A stretch of 64,000 nt of DNA, taken from Selaginella moellendorffii (lineage: Eukaryota; Plantae; Lycopodiophyta). Under the pieces are notes generated by a model that was not told the origin of the DNA, ran no database searches, and was given only the letters and a program-made list of their open reading frames with translations. A program made the position numbers and the translations under genes. Below, one piece after another: positions 23,433-36,664 of the stretch. Every line of letters starts with the position of its first letter. The first letter of the stretch is position 1. The DNA lies in assembly GCF_000143415.4 (NCBI RefSeq), contig NW_003314419.1, positions 153,941-217,940 of the forward strand, given 5' to 3'.

Positions 23433-26400
23433 CATGTCATGTGTTGGTCCTTTTGGGTCCCTTTTTGGAGCCTCGCTTATTGCTCGCTTCATGCTCGTTC
23501 CTTGAGCACTCTGTTGGGAGTTCCACTCCCGCTCTCAACCTTTCAAGTCAGAGCCTTTTAGTCCAAACGTGTTACGCTCGTTTGGCTTTTGCTTCGCCAC
23601 TACCACGTGGCACCCTTTTGGCTCCACTTTGTGGCTTAGGGATTTGTGTCTCACAACTCCACCACCCATAGACGAAGTTCAATGTCCTCATTGAACAGTA
23701 AACCCTTTTATAAAGTAACACCCGCAGGTATTATCATTTCCATCCTTGGCACCCAGCTAATATTTGTCTATTGTTTGACCCTGAAGGCTCACCATACCTT
23801 GTCCGTCCTCTAAGGGGTATAGTCTCTCCAACATAAAGACTTATTTGGCCACCTGGGGTGGTTTGCTTTCTTTTATTGGTTCAGTTCTCGCTAAATCCGT
23901 TAGAAACACCTTCTCTAACTCAATTCCACTACTCATTCTCGAGTAGCCCCAACTTCTATTGACATAACCAATTCACCTTGGAACTTTTAATTTTGACTTC
24001 TCGAAGTCAATTTTTTTGGTGTCTTTGACACCTTTCACTACACATATTGTGCAACTTCACTTCCCATCTTAGGAAGCTCCCCACTTGAGGGTGCCATTGT
24101 CCTCTTTTCTATTTTATGCCACTTTTGGCACTAAGTTCCAGCCATCATAAGTTGTGCTAGAGCTATCCACGGCCCTATCCTTTGGCTACTTCGCCGCTCC
24201 CTCCCTTGGAGCTTTCACCTTTGCCAAATTAGAGCATTTGGGAATCCATCCTTGGAAGCACACTTCCTTTCTCATAATCCGTTAGCATCCAACACATTAG
24301 TGTTCCATGCCTAACTTTGCCATTTGGATTCCTTCCAATGAACTCCATGGCCCACACTTGGCCACTAGTCTTTTGCTTTTATCCATTAATTGTTGCACTA
24401 AGCAACATAGGATCACTACCTCCATTCTCGAAGTATCCTTTTAGTTCCATGGCAAAGGCTCTACTTTGCTAAGTCCAGCAGGTGCTCACCCTTAGTAGGT
24501 CTCTTTAGCAATTTTTGTTATGGGCTTCGTCCACAGCCCAACTTTGCAACCCTTCCATGGATCAACACTCGGGAACCACTTCCCCAACCTTGATAGCGTC
24601 GCCTCATGGGCAGCTTCAAGACCACGCTTCTGTTGCGCTACTCTGATTTCGCGCATTCTAGGAACCATTTATAGAGAGTCTAAAATATGGAATCGTCCAT
24701 GTTAGACTATATGGCAACTAGAAAGCTTGCGAAAAGGGAGGCCTTAGCAAGCTAAGGGACAGAGTTCGTTCAAAGTTCCCAAAGACGATTCTAGGTAGCT
24801 AAGTACCTAGAAAGCCAAGCGTAACATCACGGTTGCTAGCAACAACACCCTTGAGCCCCCACTTAATTCTCCACTCCCAACTGACATAACCACCCTTGGT
24901 TATGCCTTTCGATTCCTATAGTTTAGTTCTATCCCCTTACTACTTGCTTTTGGCTTCACACCTTTCCTTCGGTCATTCTCCTCCAGACTAGGAAGATAGC
25001 TTTGCACTTTCTATCATGCCTTCGCAAATATTCTTAAGGATGAACTGACCCGATAGCCTAGGGAGTGGTTCCTCAATCCAGGTATGCTCACCTTATAATC
25101 CCACACACTGGGATTAATGTTGTTTCTTATAGGCCCTTACATGCCCATCACTAGCCTTGCCAAAATTCCATTTTTGGCTTTGTCCAATTTGGGTAGATAG
25201 TCTTCTCCTGTCTCCGCAACCTTGGACATTTGGATAGCACCTTCTATCCATCATTCGCTAGGAACTTAGTCCCTTGGGCTTTATCTATTGCACTCGCGAC
25301 ATCAAACACCACCTCCTAGTGTTCTAGAGTGTTTGGATGTCCCAAATGATGGCTTCTTTGACAATGAGCATTCCCTTTTACGACATTGACTTACTATATT
25401 GCAACATAAGCAATTTATCCCCCATAAGGGTATATCTAATTTCCTTATGCCATTAAGAAGTCTCAGGTAGCTACCTTCTACCAGTTAAACCTATTATTTT
25501 GCACCTTTTGCTTAATTGCCTCATAGTTGTTAAGTCTTACAACTCATTGCTGGTGCTTTCACACCTCCATCATTGTTTTGGTCACCACACTCTACCACAT
25601 GCCTTCCAGCTTAAGCTATGCCATTCCCATTTCCATTAGGATTCCCTTGGCAAGGGGTTCTTATGAACCCACCAACATAACCTCAAGGTATTACACCTTG
25701 GCACATTTGGTGTCGTCTCCACACCATTGGCCCTGCGAACCTATCCTTATGACATTACTTATTAGTGTCTAGGTCTTTGCCAAGACCAATATAGTTATTC
25801 CTCATGCTAACTATCCATTAGCACAGCACCATAGTGTTTGCACCCAACTCTGTGCCAAAGTTGTTTTCTTCTGGGAACATCTTTCCCACAACTTTAGTAT
25901 GGCACATTCTACCATCAATGAGATACCTACTGTTCTCATACTTAGATCTTATGATCCTCCCCATACTTCATGGGGCACCATACACCTGAGTCCAAATGCT
26001 TCAACCAATTCCTTAGGACCATTCCCTGACTCCACTTAAGTTATCCAGCATTTTAGACTTTGCTAATCCAACAACCTGCAAGGTCTTAGTCTTCGAGGTG
26101 CCAACTCGCTGGAATACAACTTCTTGTATTCATGTCCTACCCACAAGGACAATCTTTGCAAGTGTTACTCCAACACTTGATGATTTTCTTGGGGTTAACC
26201 TTTGCCCCTTATGACCACTTGTCCATGTGATGAGAATAGCAACTCATCTTTAAATACACCCCCAACTCCTTGGGTTGTTCCAGCATTTATTAGAGGTAGG
26301 CCCGACTACCATTTCAAGGACCAGTGTCCTCTTTTGTGTTTGACCTCCCACAGTCACCAATTCCGGTCTCAAATTTATGAGTACCAGCCTCAATTATATA

Positions 26401-27725
26401 AGGGTAATCTTGTGACTCCTTTATTGTTTTGGAGTCCACATCTCTCCCGTGATCCCAACTGTAGTTGTTTACCACAACTACATCAGCCAGTTTGCTAAGT
26501 CAAACGCTCATTTGGATCACATCCTCAACTCTCTAAGGAAACCCTTATACTGTTCCCAAGATCCCAAAGTCGTTCCCTTACTGGCCATTTTCTATCCACC
26601 ACATCGCGCCCAAGTTCACCCATGAACTTGAGTGTAGAGCCATGTCCTCTCGACATGCTACTCCTCGAAGATAGGTCCATATCTAGGACCTTCCAACTCC
26701 AATACAAGTGGTGATATGCTTGGCCACCAATAAGAGTCAGACTAAGGAACAGCTCCAATACCAAGTTGTAAGTGACTAATTTTTCCATTATACTTTAGTC
26801 ACTTAACCGCACCTCCGACCACTTGGAGGAGTCTCATTCACAACCTCCATAAGTCTCATTCAGAACTTGGGGCTTGCTAGCCCCGTGAATGGCATCCACG
26901 CCACTCAACTTTTGCACTTGGTCCAAGTGCTCCACTGACATACCAACCCATTACGCAAGGCCATGCCCATTCACCTTGGTCACATCGGTGGTCCAACACC
27001 ACCTGTGTTACAATTCCGTCTCTTAAAGACTAGGCCATCCATCCATGAGTGGCTATCCCAAATCCACTCCATAATATCCTCAAGATGCCTGCAGACATGG
27101 GGAATAACTTTCCCCAATGTCTCCTTTCCGGTCCCCATCAAGTCCCTTCCTATCTATGGCCGTGTTCACCAACATTGCCACTGGATCAAGGCCAATAGGC
27201 CCAACCACTAAGTCCAACTGTCCTCTAGGACTTCCTCACTATGTGACTATGTCCCTTGTCACCACACTAGAGGGCTACTCCTCTTCCTTTCCACAGTCTG
27301 GGACTTTGGGGCAACATTTTGGAACACCGTGGCCCTACGCGGGCCTCGTGGGTACTCTCCTCGCCTTCTGCCTTTGGGTGTTGTAGCCATGGGCTTAGAG
27401 CGAGGTTCCGTTGAGCCATACCAGGTATCCAAGTAGGTAGTGCCACCCACACTTAGAAAGGGAGCATCGGCCAGTCGATCTCCTGGGGGAACTAGAGCCG
27501 GCTCTTGAACACTTCACCAAGCTACCCCTCTTGTTGGTCCATATTCACTTTAGTCTTGGACTTCCCAGTGGTCAGTTCATCACCCAACACTGGGTCTGGC
27601 CTTCCTGGGCCAAACTGGCCTTTCCTGGCCAAACTGGCTCCACTGCAATCCTCCCCCTTACTATACTTTTGGAGTTCACCAAACCCCCCAGGGTCTGGGA
27701 GATGAACGTTTTGGGCTTTCACCCT

Positions 27726-28052
27726 CTCAGACTCGAACTCGGACTCGGACTCGGACTCGGACTCGGACTCGGCCTCGGCCTCGGTCTCGGCCTCGGTCTC
27801 GGTCCCGATCTCGGTCTTAGTCTCAGTCTTGGTCTCAGTCTCGGTCCTGGTCTCGGTCTCGACCTCGAACTCCATCTCGGGTCCTTCTCGGACTCCATCT
27901 CGGACTCCATCTCGGTCCATCTCGGACTCCACCTCAGACTCGAACTCGGGTCCATCTCGGACTCCAACTCAGGTTCATCTCGGACTCCATCTCGGACTCC
28001 ACCTCGGACTCCAACTCGGGTCCATCTTGGACTCCATCTCAGAGTCCACCTC
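27726..28052 (+). repeat. CTCGGA/CTCGGT/CTCCAT tandem array in LTR
   Basis: Directly visible. Confidence 0.9.
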
Positions 28053-28923
28053 GTATCACGTGTTGGTCCTTTTGGGTCTCTTTTTGGAGCCTCACTTATT
28101 GCTCGCTTCATGCTCATTCTTTGAGCACTCTGTTGGGAGTTCCACTCCCGCTCTCAACCTTTCAAGTCGGAGCCTTTTAATCCAAACGTGTTACGCTCGT
28201 TTGGCTTTTGCTTTGGCCACTACTACGTGGCACCCTTTCAGCTCCACTTTGGGGCTTAGGGATTTGTGTCTCATACAGGGCAAAAAGAATGGCCAATCTT
28301 CTACTAATGGTAAGTCAGATACTAAGAACTTGCAGACTTTGCAATGTGAAGATGACGAGGATGACCATTCCAGTCAGAGGAAGAGGCTTTCGATCATTGC
28401 TCGTCAACTCAATTGTATGTGAAACAAGATGGATCTCAAGGACACTTGTGAATCAGCTTTAATATTGGAGGGCGTGTTCTATGGCAGTCTAGTGCAAATT
28501 TTACTGGATAGTGGGAGCAATGACAACTTTGTTACTACAATGTTCTTTTGTTACTATATGATAGCAAATTTTATGTGAAGAAGAGCAAATGTGAGTTTGC
28601 AAAGTCAGAGGTGGAATATCTAGGTTATATTATGACATCTAAACGTGTCAAGACGGATCCAAGGAAAGTGGTTGTGGTGGAAAACTAGCCTACACCAACT
28701 TCACTGGTTAAGTTACTCACCTTCCTTGGTATGGTTAGTTACTACCGATGTTTCCAACATAAGTTTGCTATTCCTTTGACACAGTTGTTGCAGAAGAATG
28801 TGCCATTTGAGTGGAAAAAGCCACATGAAGAGAGTTTTATGGCATTGAAATGGTTGTTGAGTGAGACTTCAGTGCTTCGCATTGTTAATCCCTCAAAATC
28901 ATATGAGGTGACATGTGATACAA

Positions 28924-29502
28924 TATAAACAACGAAAGGGACAACTTGAGAAATGATCTATAAGGGGAAAGGGCCCATAAACAAAAATGCACCCCTTTTT
29001 CCAATTGGTTAAGGGTCTTGGGATATTTAAAGTTAAGTGTCATTGGATTTAAATAGTACTAGGTTGGGTGACCTCCTGGGAAGTTTAAATTCAAGAGTTT
29101 ATATTTGATATCAGAGAGGTCTCAAGTCTGACTCTATTAATTGGTTAAGGGAATCGCACCACATGTTGATTGACATCTGGCAAGTTTAATTTGCTCTAGC
29201 TGGTTTGACCCGAGGGGTAGGGTGTTAAGAGAGTGGGGCTCTCAAGAGAGCTATGGCTCTCAACTTCCATTTACGAGGGCGTGAACTTGCAGAAAAGCAT
29301 GATGGATTGTAAGTAACTAAAGGGAACAACTTGAGAGATGATCCATAGAAGTTTAAATATAAAGGAGAAGGGCCCATGAATAAGAGTGCACCCCCTTTTC
29401 CAATTGATTAACGGTTTTGGGATATTTGGGGTTAAACGTTATTGGGTTTGAATAGTACTATGTTAGATGACATTTCGGAAAGTCCAAATTCAGGAGCTTA
29501 CA
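28924..29502 (+). mobile_element. Full-length Cassandra-like TRIM inserted in the Gypsy RNase H
   Basis: LTRs at 28924-29103 and 29308-29502, each with a 5S-like segment; PBS-like tgatatcagag at 29106-29116; ~205 bp internal region. It splits the CD/ASG codons, and the flanks tacaa and tgtga can both be derived from a TSD tgcga. Confidence 0.88.
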
Positions 29503-31972
29503 TGTGAGTGGTTATGCACTGGGAGGAGTTCTTATGCAAGAGGGACAGCCTATTGTATATGAGAGTCAAACTTTGAATCTTGTAAAGCAATGCTATTCCA
29601 TATATAAGCAAGAGTTACTCTCTATTGTTCATGCTTTGTAGATGTGACGGCACTATCTTTATGGTGCAAAGTTCATAGTGCTGACAAATCACAAACCTCT
29701 TATGTATCTTTTCACACATAAGGAGTTGAATACTAGGCAAGCTCATTTGATGGTCAAACTCATGGAGTTTGGGGAGTTTCTTGTTAAGCATCGTTTAGGA
29801 AAATCAAATGTGGTGGCAGATGTTTTATCTCATGTTTGTTATATGACGACATTACAAACATAGTTTTGTCATCATTTGAGTAAGGTGGTCAATGAGTTTA
29901 GGTAATTGGTTGAGCATGCTCAGGCTTAGAATGTTAAGATGGTCTCTTTGTGAGCCTAGATGAAAGCACCTTTTTCATTGAAGGATAGGATTCTTTACTA
30001 CAATGGTTGTGTATATTTGCCACAGGTGGATGCATAAATTACTCAAGTTTTATTTCACTATAATGATCATCCAAAGGCCAATCATTTTGGGGGGAAGAAG
30101 ATGTATGAGTTAATTAAGCACAATTTTTATTAAAGGAATATGAAGGCTGATATCCTTGAGTATTGTAAATCATGCAAGCTCTGTCAGTGGGTTAAGGTGC
30201 CACGGGAGAAGTTAAGGGCACTTTTGCAACCTTTACCTATTCCTTAGAGTCATTGGTGTAATATTTCTATGGACTTCATCACTTGTTTGCCACACACACA
30301 GAGGCAAAAAGAGCAAGTATGTGTCATAGTGGATCAGTTGACAAAGTATGTGTGGTTGTTAGCTCTTTGGAAGACTATCATTGCCTCAGACTTAACTGCG
30401 ATCTACTTGGAGAAAGTTTTTCCTTATTTTGGTTTGTCAGAAGACATCATTAGTGATTGAAATTTAAAATTCACAAGTGGATTTTAGAAGAGCTTTGCAA
30501 AGGCTATGCAAGTGACTTTGAAACTCTTGAGTGGAAATCATCCTTAGATGAATGGGCAAATTGAGCGTGTGAATCAGGTGGACTATGCTGTAGCATTGGT
30601 CAAAGGTAGGGATAGTGAGATTTATATTTTCTGTTGGTGCAATTTGCTTATAACAATAGCTAACACATTGGAACTAAGCTAAGTCCTTACTTTGCCATGT
30701 TTGGAAGGCATCCCCGAACAACAGTGGAATTGGGATTGCATTTGAGTAAGGATGTTCAAGACAAGCTTGATTTAGAGGCGATTGATCTAGCTACAGAACT
30801 TAATGAGATTCTAGTGGTGTGCAAATGGAATTTGTATGCAACTCAAGATAGAGCAGAGAAGTTTGTTAATGAGTATCACCGGGATTATAAAGTGGGTGAT
30901 CTTGTCTTTGTACGAGTGATTTTTCTATCAAGTGAGCAGCAGAACACCTTGGTGCCTTTGTAGAGTGGGAAAAGTGATAAACTTTCTCATTGTTATGCTG
31001 GTTCATATAAAGTGCTGGAGCACATTGGTAAGGCAGCTTATCGAGTGTGGCTACTAGTTGGGGTGAAAATTCATTGAGTATTTTATATCAGCTAGTTGAA
31101 AGGTGTACTATCTCGAAGTGACAAGCCCAATGCCTCTTTGATGTATACAGCTGTGGGAGATGGATTAGGAGCTTGAGTAAAGTTCCCCAGAAAGGGTGAT
31201 CACCAATACAACTTGTCCTTGGGACAAGGACTTTGTTGGGGGGAAGAATTGTTAAGCACCAGCTTTGACCACCTGGTCAACACTGGTTAAAGGGAAGCTC
31301 AAGGGTACATTAAGGCATGTTAGGGTAAGGAACTTAACCTACCCTAGGGCTCACAATGGAGCGGCAGTGTAGTGGAGCTTTTGAGGTAACTCAAGTGTTG
31401 AGGAATATCAAGAGGAGGAGTAGCATACTTTAGAAAGACTAAATCTTTGTCTTTTCATGCCAGATCATAACACTAACTCCAGGAGAATGACTACAAAGTC
31501 ATCTAACTTGAGGATTTGTCCTAAATGTATTGGTATACTTAGGTACAATAGCCATAAGTTCCTAGGACATTGGTTTAGGGATCAACCAATGTCTCCACCA
31601 TATATCTAAAACTTATCATACATAGAAAGATATATATACAGATATAGATATGAGTATACATGGTGCAATGCTCCTAGATGCCATGCAATCAAAGATGTGA
31701 TGGTTGTGTTCTTCGCTCTCCACACATGGCTTGTACACTCTAGACATCGAGAGACTCAGTGCTAGTTTGGGCGAATCCCATTTCCAAAAGAATGGAACCA
31801 GCTCATTGCTGCTGACCCAAAACCAGTTTTTTCATGTTCAGCAGCATCACCACCATTACAAGGATCACTCTGCAAAGCCACCATCGCTAAAATCCCAGCA
31901 CAGCAGGGCAAAAGTAGAATCTGGCATGCAAAGGATGAGGCTGGGAATCCCAAAATCCTGTGCTCTTGTTGT

Positions 31973-32824
31973 GGCAGGTTGAAGGTAGGGAACTTTGTTC
32001 TTTGTGTTGTCTGAGAGTTCTAAGCAAGTTTCTGGCTCTTCCTCTCTCTTTTTCTCTCTCTCTTTTGTGTTTGGCAGTATGCTCATCAAAGGTGTGTGCA
32101 GCACTGGTGCAACAAAAAAGAGGACACCATCTCCAAGATTTATCAATATGTAACATCATCTGCACTGAACTTACAATTTGCTTACCTTCCTTATGTATGC
32201 TGATTTCAATCATTCTTTATTTTTGAATGCAGCCGAGGTAGAGCTCCATTCCTGAGAGTTATGACACAACACTTAAGAACTTAGCTGCGAATGTGGATTT
32301 CTGCATAAGGGTCACTAACCTGTTGCTGTTTCCATCACTGCATAATGTTTGTGATTTTGTTGCTCAAGTTGGCTGTGAGGAAAAGAAGGCACAAATTAGA
32401 ATCAAAGCTATAAGTCTCAGTAGCAACCGGTAGTAGTAACTAGGTAAGGAACTTTGTTGTTCATGCTGGATGAGAGTTCTAAGCAAGTTTCTAGCATACC
32501 TTGCTTGTATTTGATGATTCTTTTGTTTTGTTTCCTTTTTCTTGGTGTCTGGTGCCTCACTCTGTTTTGCAGCCTTTTAAATGCTACACAGCACCAGTCC
32601 AGTCTCCTACTGCTCTTATTGCTCTTTCCCTGATGACCACTTGAGGTATGTGTACTTTTCATTTCCTTGTCATGCTCGTTCGATTCCTTGTCATTTAGTT
32701 TATAAAGCTTTTTGGTAGTGCTGCTTTTTTCATTGAGCAATGTCTGTGAAGCCGAGGTAGCTCCATTCCTGAGAATTGTGCTTAAGAACTTAGTTGTGAA
32801 CGTGGATTTCCATAGGAAGGTCAC
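31973..32824 (+). repeat. Tandem duplication of exon-like segments
   Basis: ggta.ggaactttgtt...gagagttctaagcaagtttct at ~31984 and ~32442; gccgaggtag.gctccattcctgaga...ggtcac at ~32232 and ~32751. Confidence 0.6.
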
Positions 32825-33440
32825 CAAACTGTCACAACTTCACAAACAGGCTTCTCTCCCTTGGCAGTAACCACCACAGCATGACTAACATCCAGGTACT
32901 GTGTTGATGAGTGATTTCCCCAGATAATCACGCTCTTCACGTCTAAGACCTGGAAACCAGTCCTTTCAGAGATCTGCCTCAGCACCCAGTTGTGGTCCAG
33001 CCTTGTCAAGCAAGTGATGTTCTTGTCAGGAATGGAAGGGGAAAAATCCTTGAGGATCAACACATTAGTATGGGCAGGGTTGGCAACCACCAGAACCTGT
33101 CATGCCACGAGCTTCCAATTCCAAATGCTGATACGTTTTGTATTTATATGTTAACTTCACATCCTTGGCAGCACACTTTTCAAGAGCAGAAGCTTGAGAC
33201 TTGTAGATGGAGACGTTCTTGGACATGATATCCTTTCGCTCCATCCCCACCCAGGAAATCCTCCAACCAGCAGTGCAATGTTAACACCCTTGCAAGCTTC
33301 CTCCACATCCATGGTGGCGACCACTCCTGAAAAACAAAGATCGGTGGAGAGACCTAGCTAAAAGAAATAAAAATAGAATCGCATTGAAAAACTTACCTTT
33401 AAGCAAAGAAATTCCGAGTTGATGAGCTTAATCTTAACTC
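32821..33440 (-). pseudogene. MDH: Cytosolic malate dehydrogenase fragment
   Basis: [80 protein letters not shown]. The splice donor at ~33154 is lost and the gene is truncated at both ends. Confidence 0.9.
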
Positions 33441-33976
33441 TAATACCATCAATGGAATAACAAAGCTTATACTATTGATATATCTGGAAAGCAGAGCCTT
33501 TTGAAGATCATTCAAAAGCTTATGCTCTGAGACACATAGATACACTGCAAAAAAAATCTGCCCATCTATGCTGAGAGGACGTTAGCAATTGTGAAACCTC
33601 TAGGCTTTCCCCATTTCAAGTTGCAGTGCGGATTCTCAACACCAAGTCCATGAATTCCACATGGGAGATGTGTGGGTGCAACTGAACATCAGCTCAGAAT
33701 GCATTGAAGAGTCCCCAGTTGGGATTGTCGCTCCTGCTTGCAGCAAAGGTTTTGCAAGAGCATCACCATAAGAAAGGAATGGACACAGGAACACCTTAAA
33801 AGCCCAAATTAAGCTCTGGAAATTGTTTTCTGCCTTCTAACCCCTTCCCTCAATTGCCTGAATTAATTCTTTGAACCTGCTCTGGTTATTAAAATGTTGC
33901 CCTCATCTGTTTGCTGCACAAGAGCCAGTTCAAGCAACAACATAAAAACCTTAATCCATCCACACTGTCTCTGGAT

Positions 33977-36182
33977 TCAGCTCAAATTTTTTTTTAAAGA
34001 CCTACTCGGAGTATCTTGAATAGAGATACCAGGAGCAGCTTGGTTGAGATCTTCACCTCCGCCAGCTCTTCCATGAGGAGCTCCTGCTCTGAACGCTGAG
34101 CCAAGCTGATTCAACGGTGCCTTGAATTCCATTGCCACAACATTGTCAATTCTTGATTGCATCTTTTCAATGTTTTGCTGCACTTTGGCCATCCTTTGTT
34201 GAACTACCTCTTCTGCTTCAGTGCCAAACTGCATCAGAAGCTCCTTGGCAATATAGCCAAAAATTCCAATGACTGATCCTGAAAGCTCTTGGCATGTTAG
34301 ATGCTGACCTGCTTTTGCATGTTCTTACCCAGAAGACCAATGACTTGAGCATGATCTGAAGCAAGGTAGATCATTGTGGTGCAAATAAAAATTGGGATTG
34401 CTGCAAAAGCTGAAAAATACCTGCAGTTAGTAGATAAATAAATATATATATTTCGTACCAAAAAGTGCTTGATCATCAAGCGGAATTCTAAAAGGGCGAA
34501 ATGCATCTGGTTCAGTGTAACGCAATTGCACTAGCGAACAGAACTTAATTATTGTAGATAGTGCATAAAACAGCATATCAGCCTGCAAAAATAGGATGTA
34601 TTTTTTGGAAAAAAAAAAATTGGGCATATGGACCTCTGCTAAAGAGATTGCGCTAAATCCAATCAGCAGTAGAGTACACCCAGAAGTGAGCAAAATGGCT
34701 TTATAGGGAGTACGATAGGTTGGATGTAGTTTTGAGAACATAGATGGCACCTACAAGGGTATCACTAGGTGCAAAAATATTTTAGGTAATTTCACCTGTT
34801 CCACTTGTGACATCCCATAAATGATACGTGAGTTTGTGCAAAGGCGCACGAGCAGGAGTCCCAGAGCACTAAACACCTCCGACAATCCCATCCACACCTG
34901 CAATTTCGTCATAATAAACGAAAAGAATTCTAGAGTAAACAACCTTGAGCCCTTTTCCACCGATAAACTTTGCAGCACGCATATATGTTCCATTCTTCCA
35001 GTCGGTAAAGTTTGGAATGACACTAACTCCAATTACTGTCGGCATAGAAAAAACTGCTGATATAAGCATTACAGACGCTGCCAAAGCACGGGGATAAGAA
35101 TGTGAAGGGTTTTTTACTTCTGCTGCACACGTTCCTGCTGCATCAAAACTGCAACAAAGAGCCATTATCAGACAATGGCAACTCAAAAGCAGACATGCAG
35201 ACCCTGAAGTATTCCACAGTAGCACAGTGAAAAATTTTCCCCAGTCTATTTTCTTCGGTAGAGGTCCCCTGGCCCAATCAAAATTTAAATATGGTAGACC
35301 AAGGATGATCATGGAAAAGAATGGTGCAAGAACTAGACATCCTAACACAATGGCGGCTTTGCCTGAACAATTGAAATATAAAATAAGAGAACAAGTTTAA
35401 TTGTGTAACTTACCAACAAGACCAATACCAAGGATGTTAAGTGCAGATGCGAGCACAAGAACCATGACCTTGAGGAGTACACTCCACCCAAACGAAATGT
35501 GATGGGTATCTTCGTCGTAAAGCAATGCTGACAAGTATTCAACAAATAGAACTGGATAAAGCGCGTTATCAAGAACACTGCAAGCAAATGCAAAATAGCT
35601 ATTGACAAAAGACCAGAAAGGTCCCAAAGCCCGATAGACCCACAAAACATGACCACCACTCTCTGGAATCATGCACGAGAGTTCCGCAGTCATTAACGCA
35701 AGAGGTGCCGACCATAGAAATGGGTATAGAAAAAGCCCGAGCAGCATCAATACCGCTCCACCGGTCTGAACGGTTTCCTCAAATCCAAAGGGTCCCTGCA
35801 AATGCAATGGAATGTATTCCTAGGAGAGAAGTAAGCAAAAGCATTATATTTACTGCTCGCGGTTGCTCTGTTTTAACCTTGAACTTACCCCTGTGACACA
35901 GAAAAATGTCAATCCGACAAGCTGCAGTGTGCTGAGAAGCTTGACCTGGCCCTGCGATTGGAATGCCGGCGGCAACTTTGGAGCTTTCACGGCCTTAAGG
36001 CGTTTGTCTGCCTCCGCTGACAAGTGCACTGGTGGTTTTTGCTTGGTGCGTACATCGAAATCCCAATCGTAATCAAACAAGTAGGAAGACTTTCGCGGCT
36101 CTATGGAAGAGGAGGAGGAGGCTTCACTGGGCACAAGAAGAAGGGCAGTATCAACTGCCTGGCTTCCCTCTGAAACCATCAT
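33977..36182 (-). CDS. APC-family polyamine / L-type amino acid transporter (PUT/LAT/RMV1-like), multi-exon
   Basis: Spliced FFCVTG|GPFGFEE, PLALMTAEL..MIPESGG, LDNALYPVLF, LLWNTSG.FDAAGTCAAEVKNPSHSYPRAL, HPTYRTPYKAI, LRYTEPDAFRPFRIP. The junctions I checked are canonical GT-AG introns (e.g. 35796-35888). Confidence 0.88.
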
Positions 36183-36664
36183 TGCCCATTCAATTCAGCC
36201 GTTCACAATTTATTTGTCAAATAACTCAAAATCGATTTTCTGAAATTGCCTCTTGGTTTTTATGTTGTGAGAAATTCCTTGGAAGAATTTATTCTGTTCT
36301 AGATATCATCTCCTCGCAGAAGTAGCAGTCCCTTTTGATCGTAGACAAACCAAAGAACGCGAGGCTGTGGGAAATTCCCCAGAGACAAAGAATCAAAAAG
36401 GAGAGAAGACTACTACCATGAAAATCGCCAGGAGAAAGAAGTTGCTGGTTCGATAGTATCTTGAAGACTAGTAACCGGTTTTCCTCAAAGACCATCTCGC
36501 TGCCGCTCAAGCACAACACAACCGATTCTCAAGAAGGATTGTGGGTTGTGAGAGATTTTTCTCTTTCAGCGTCTCCAAGACATTGGCAGCACTTGGAGAG
36601 TCTTTCGCATAGACTTGGAAAAAGTTTTTGGTCACAATCTCACTCATTTTAGGGACATCCAGCT

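Larger units (their letters stand above)
22045..28275 (-). mobile_element. Non-autonomous LTR retrotransposon with long satellite-containing LTRs, nested in the Gypsy gag
   Basis: LTRs at 22045-23655 and 26767-28275; perfect TSD CAGGG (22040-22044 / 28276-28280); minus-strand PBS tggtattggagc at 26752-26763; PPT-like gggtggtggag next to 23656; ~3.1 kb degenerate internal region. Confidence 0.92.
20822..31472 (+). mobile_element. Ty3/Gypsy LTR retrotransposon (decayed), host of nested insertions
   Basis: LTRs at 20822-21054 and 31250-31472; PBS tggtattagag at 21056-21066; PPT ggggggaagaat; TSD ccaac/ctaac. Domains in Gypsy order: gag (21209-22039), protease LLDSGS (28501), RT end KKSKCEF, RNase H YEVTCD..GYALGGVLMQ, integrase SMDFIT..IISD..HP.MNGQ.ERVNQ. 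Confidence 0.92.
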
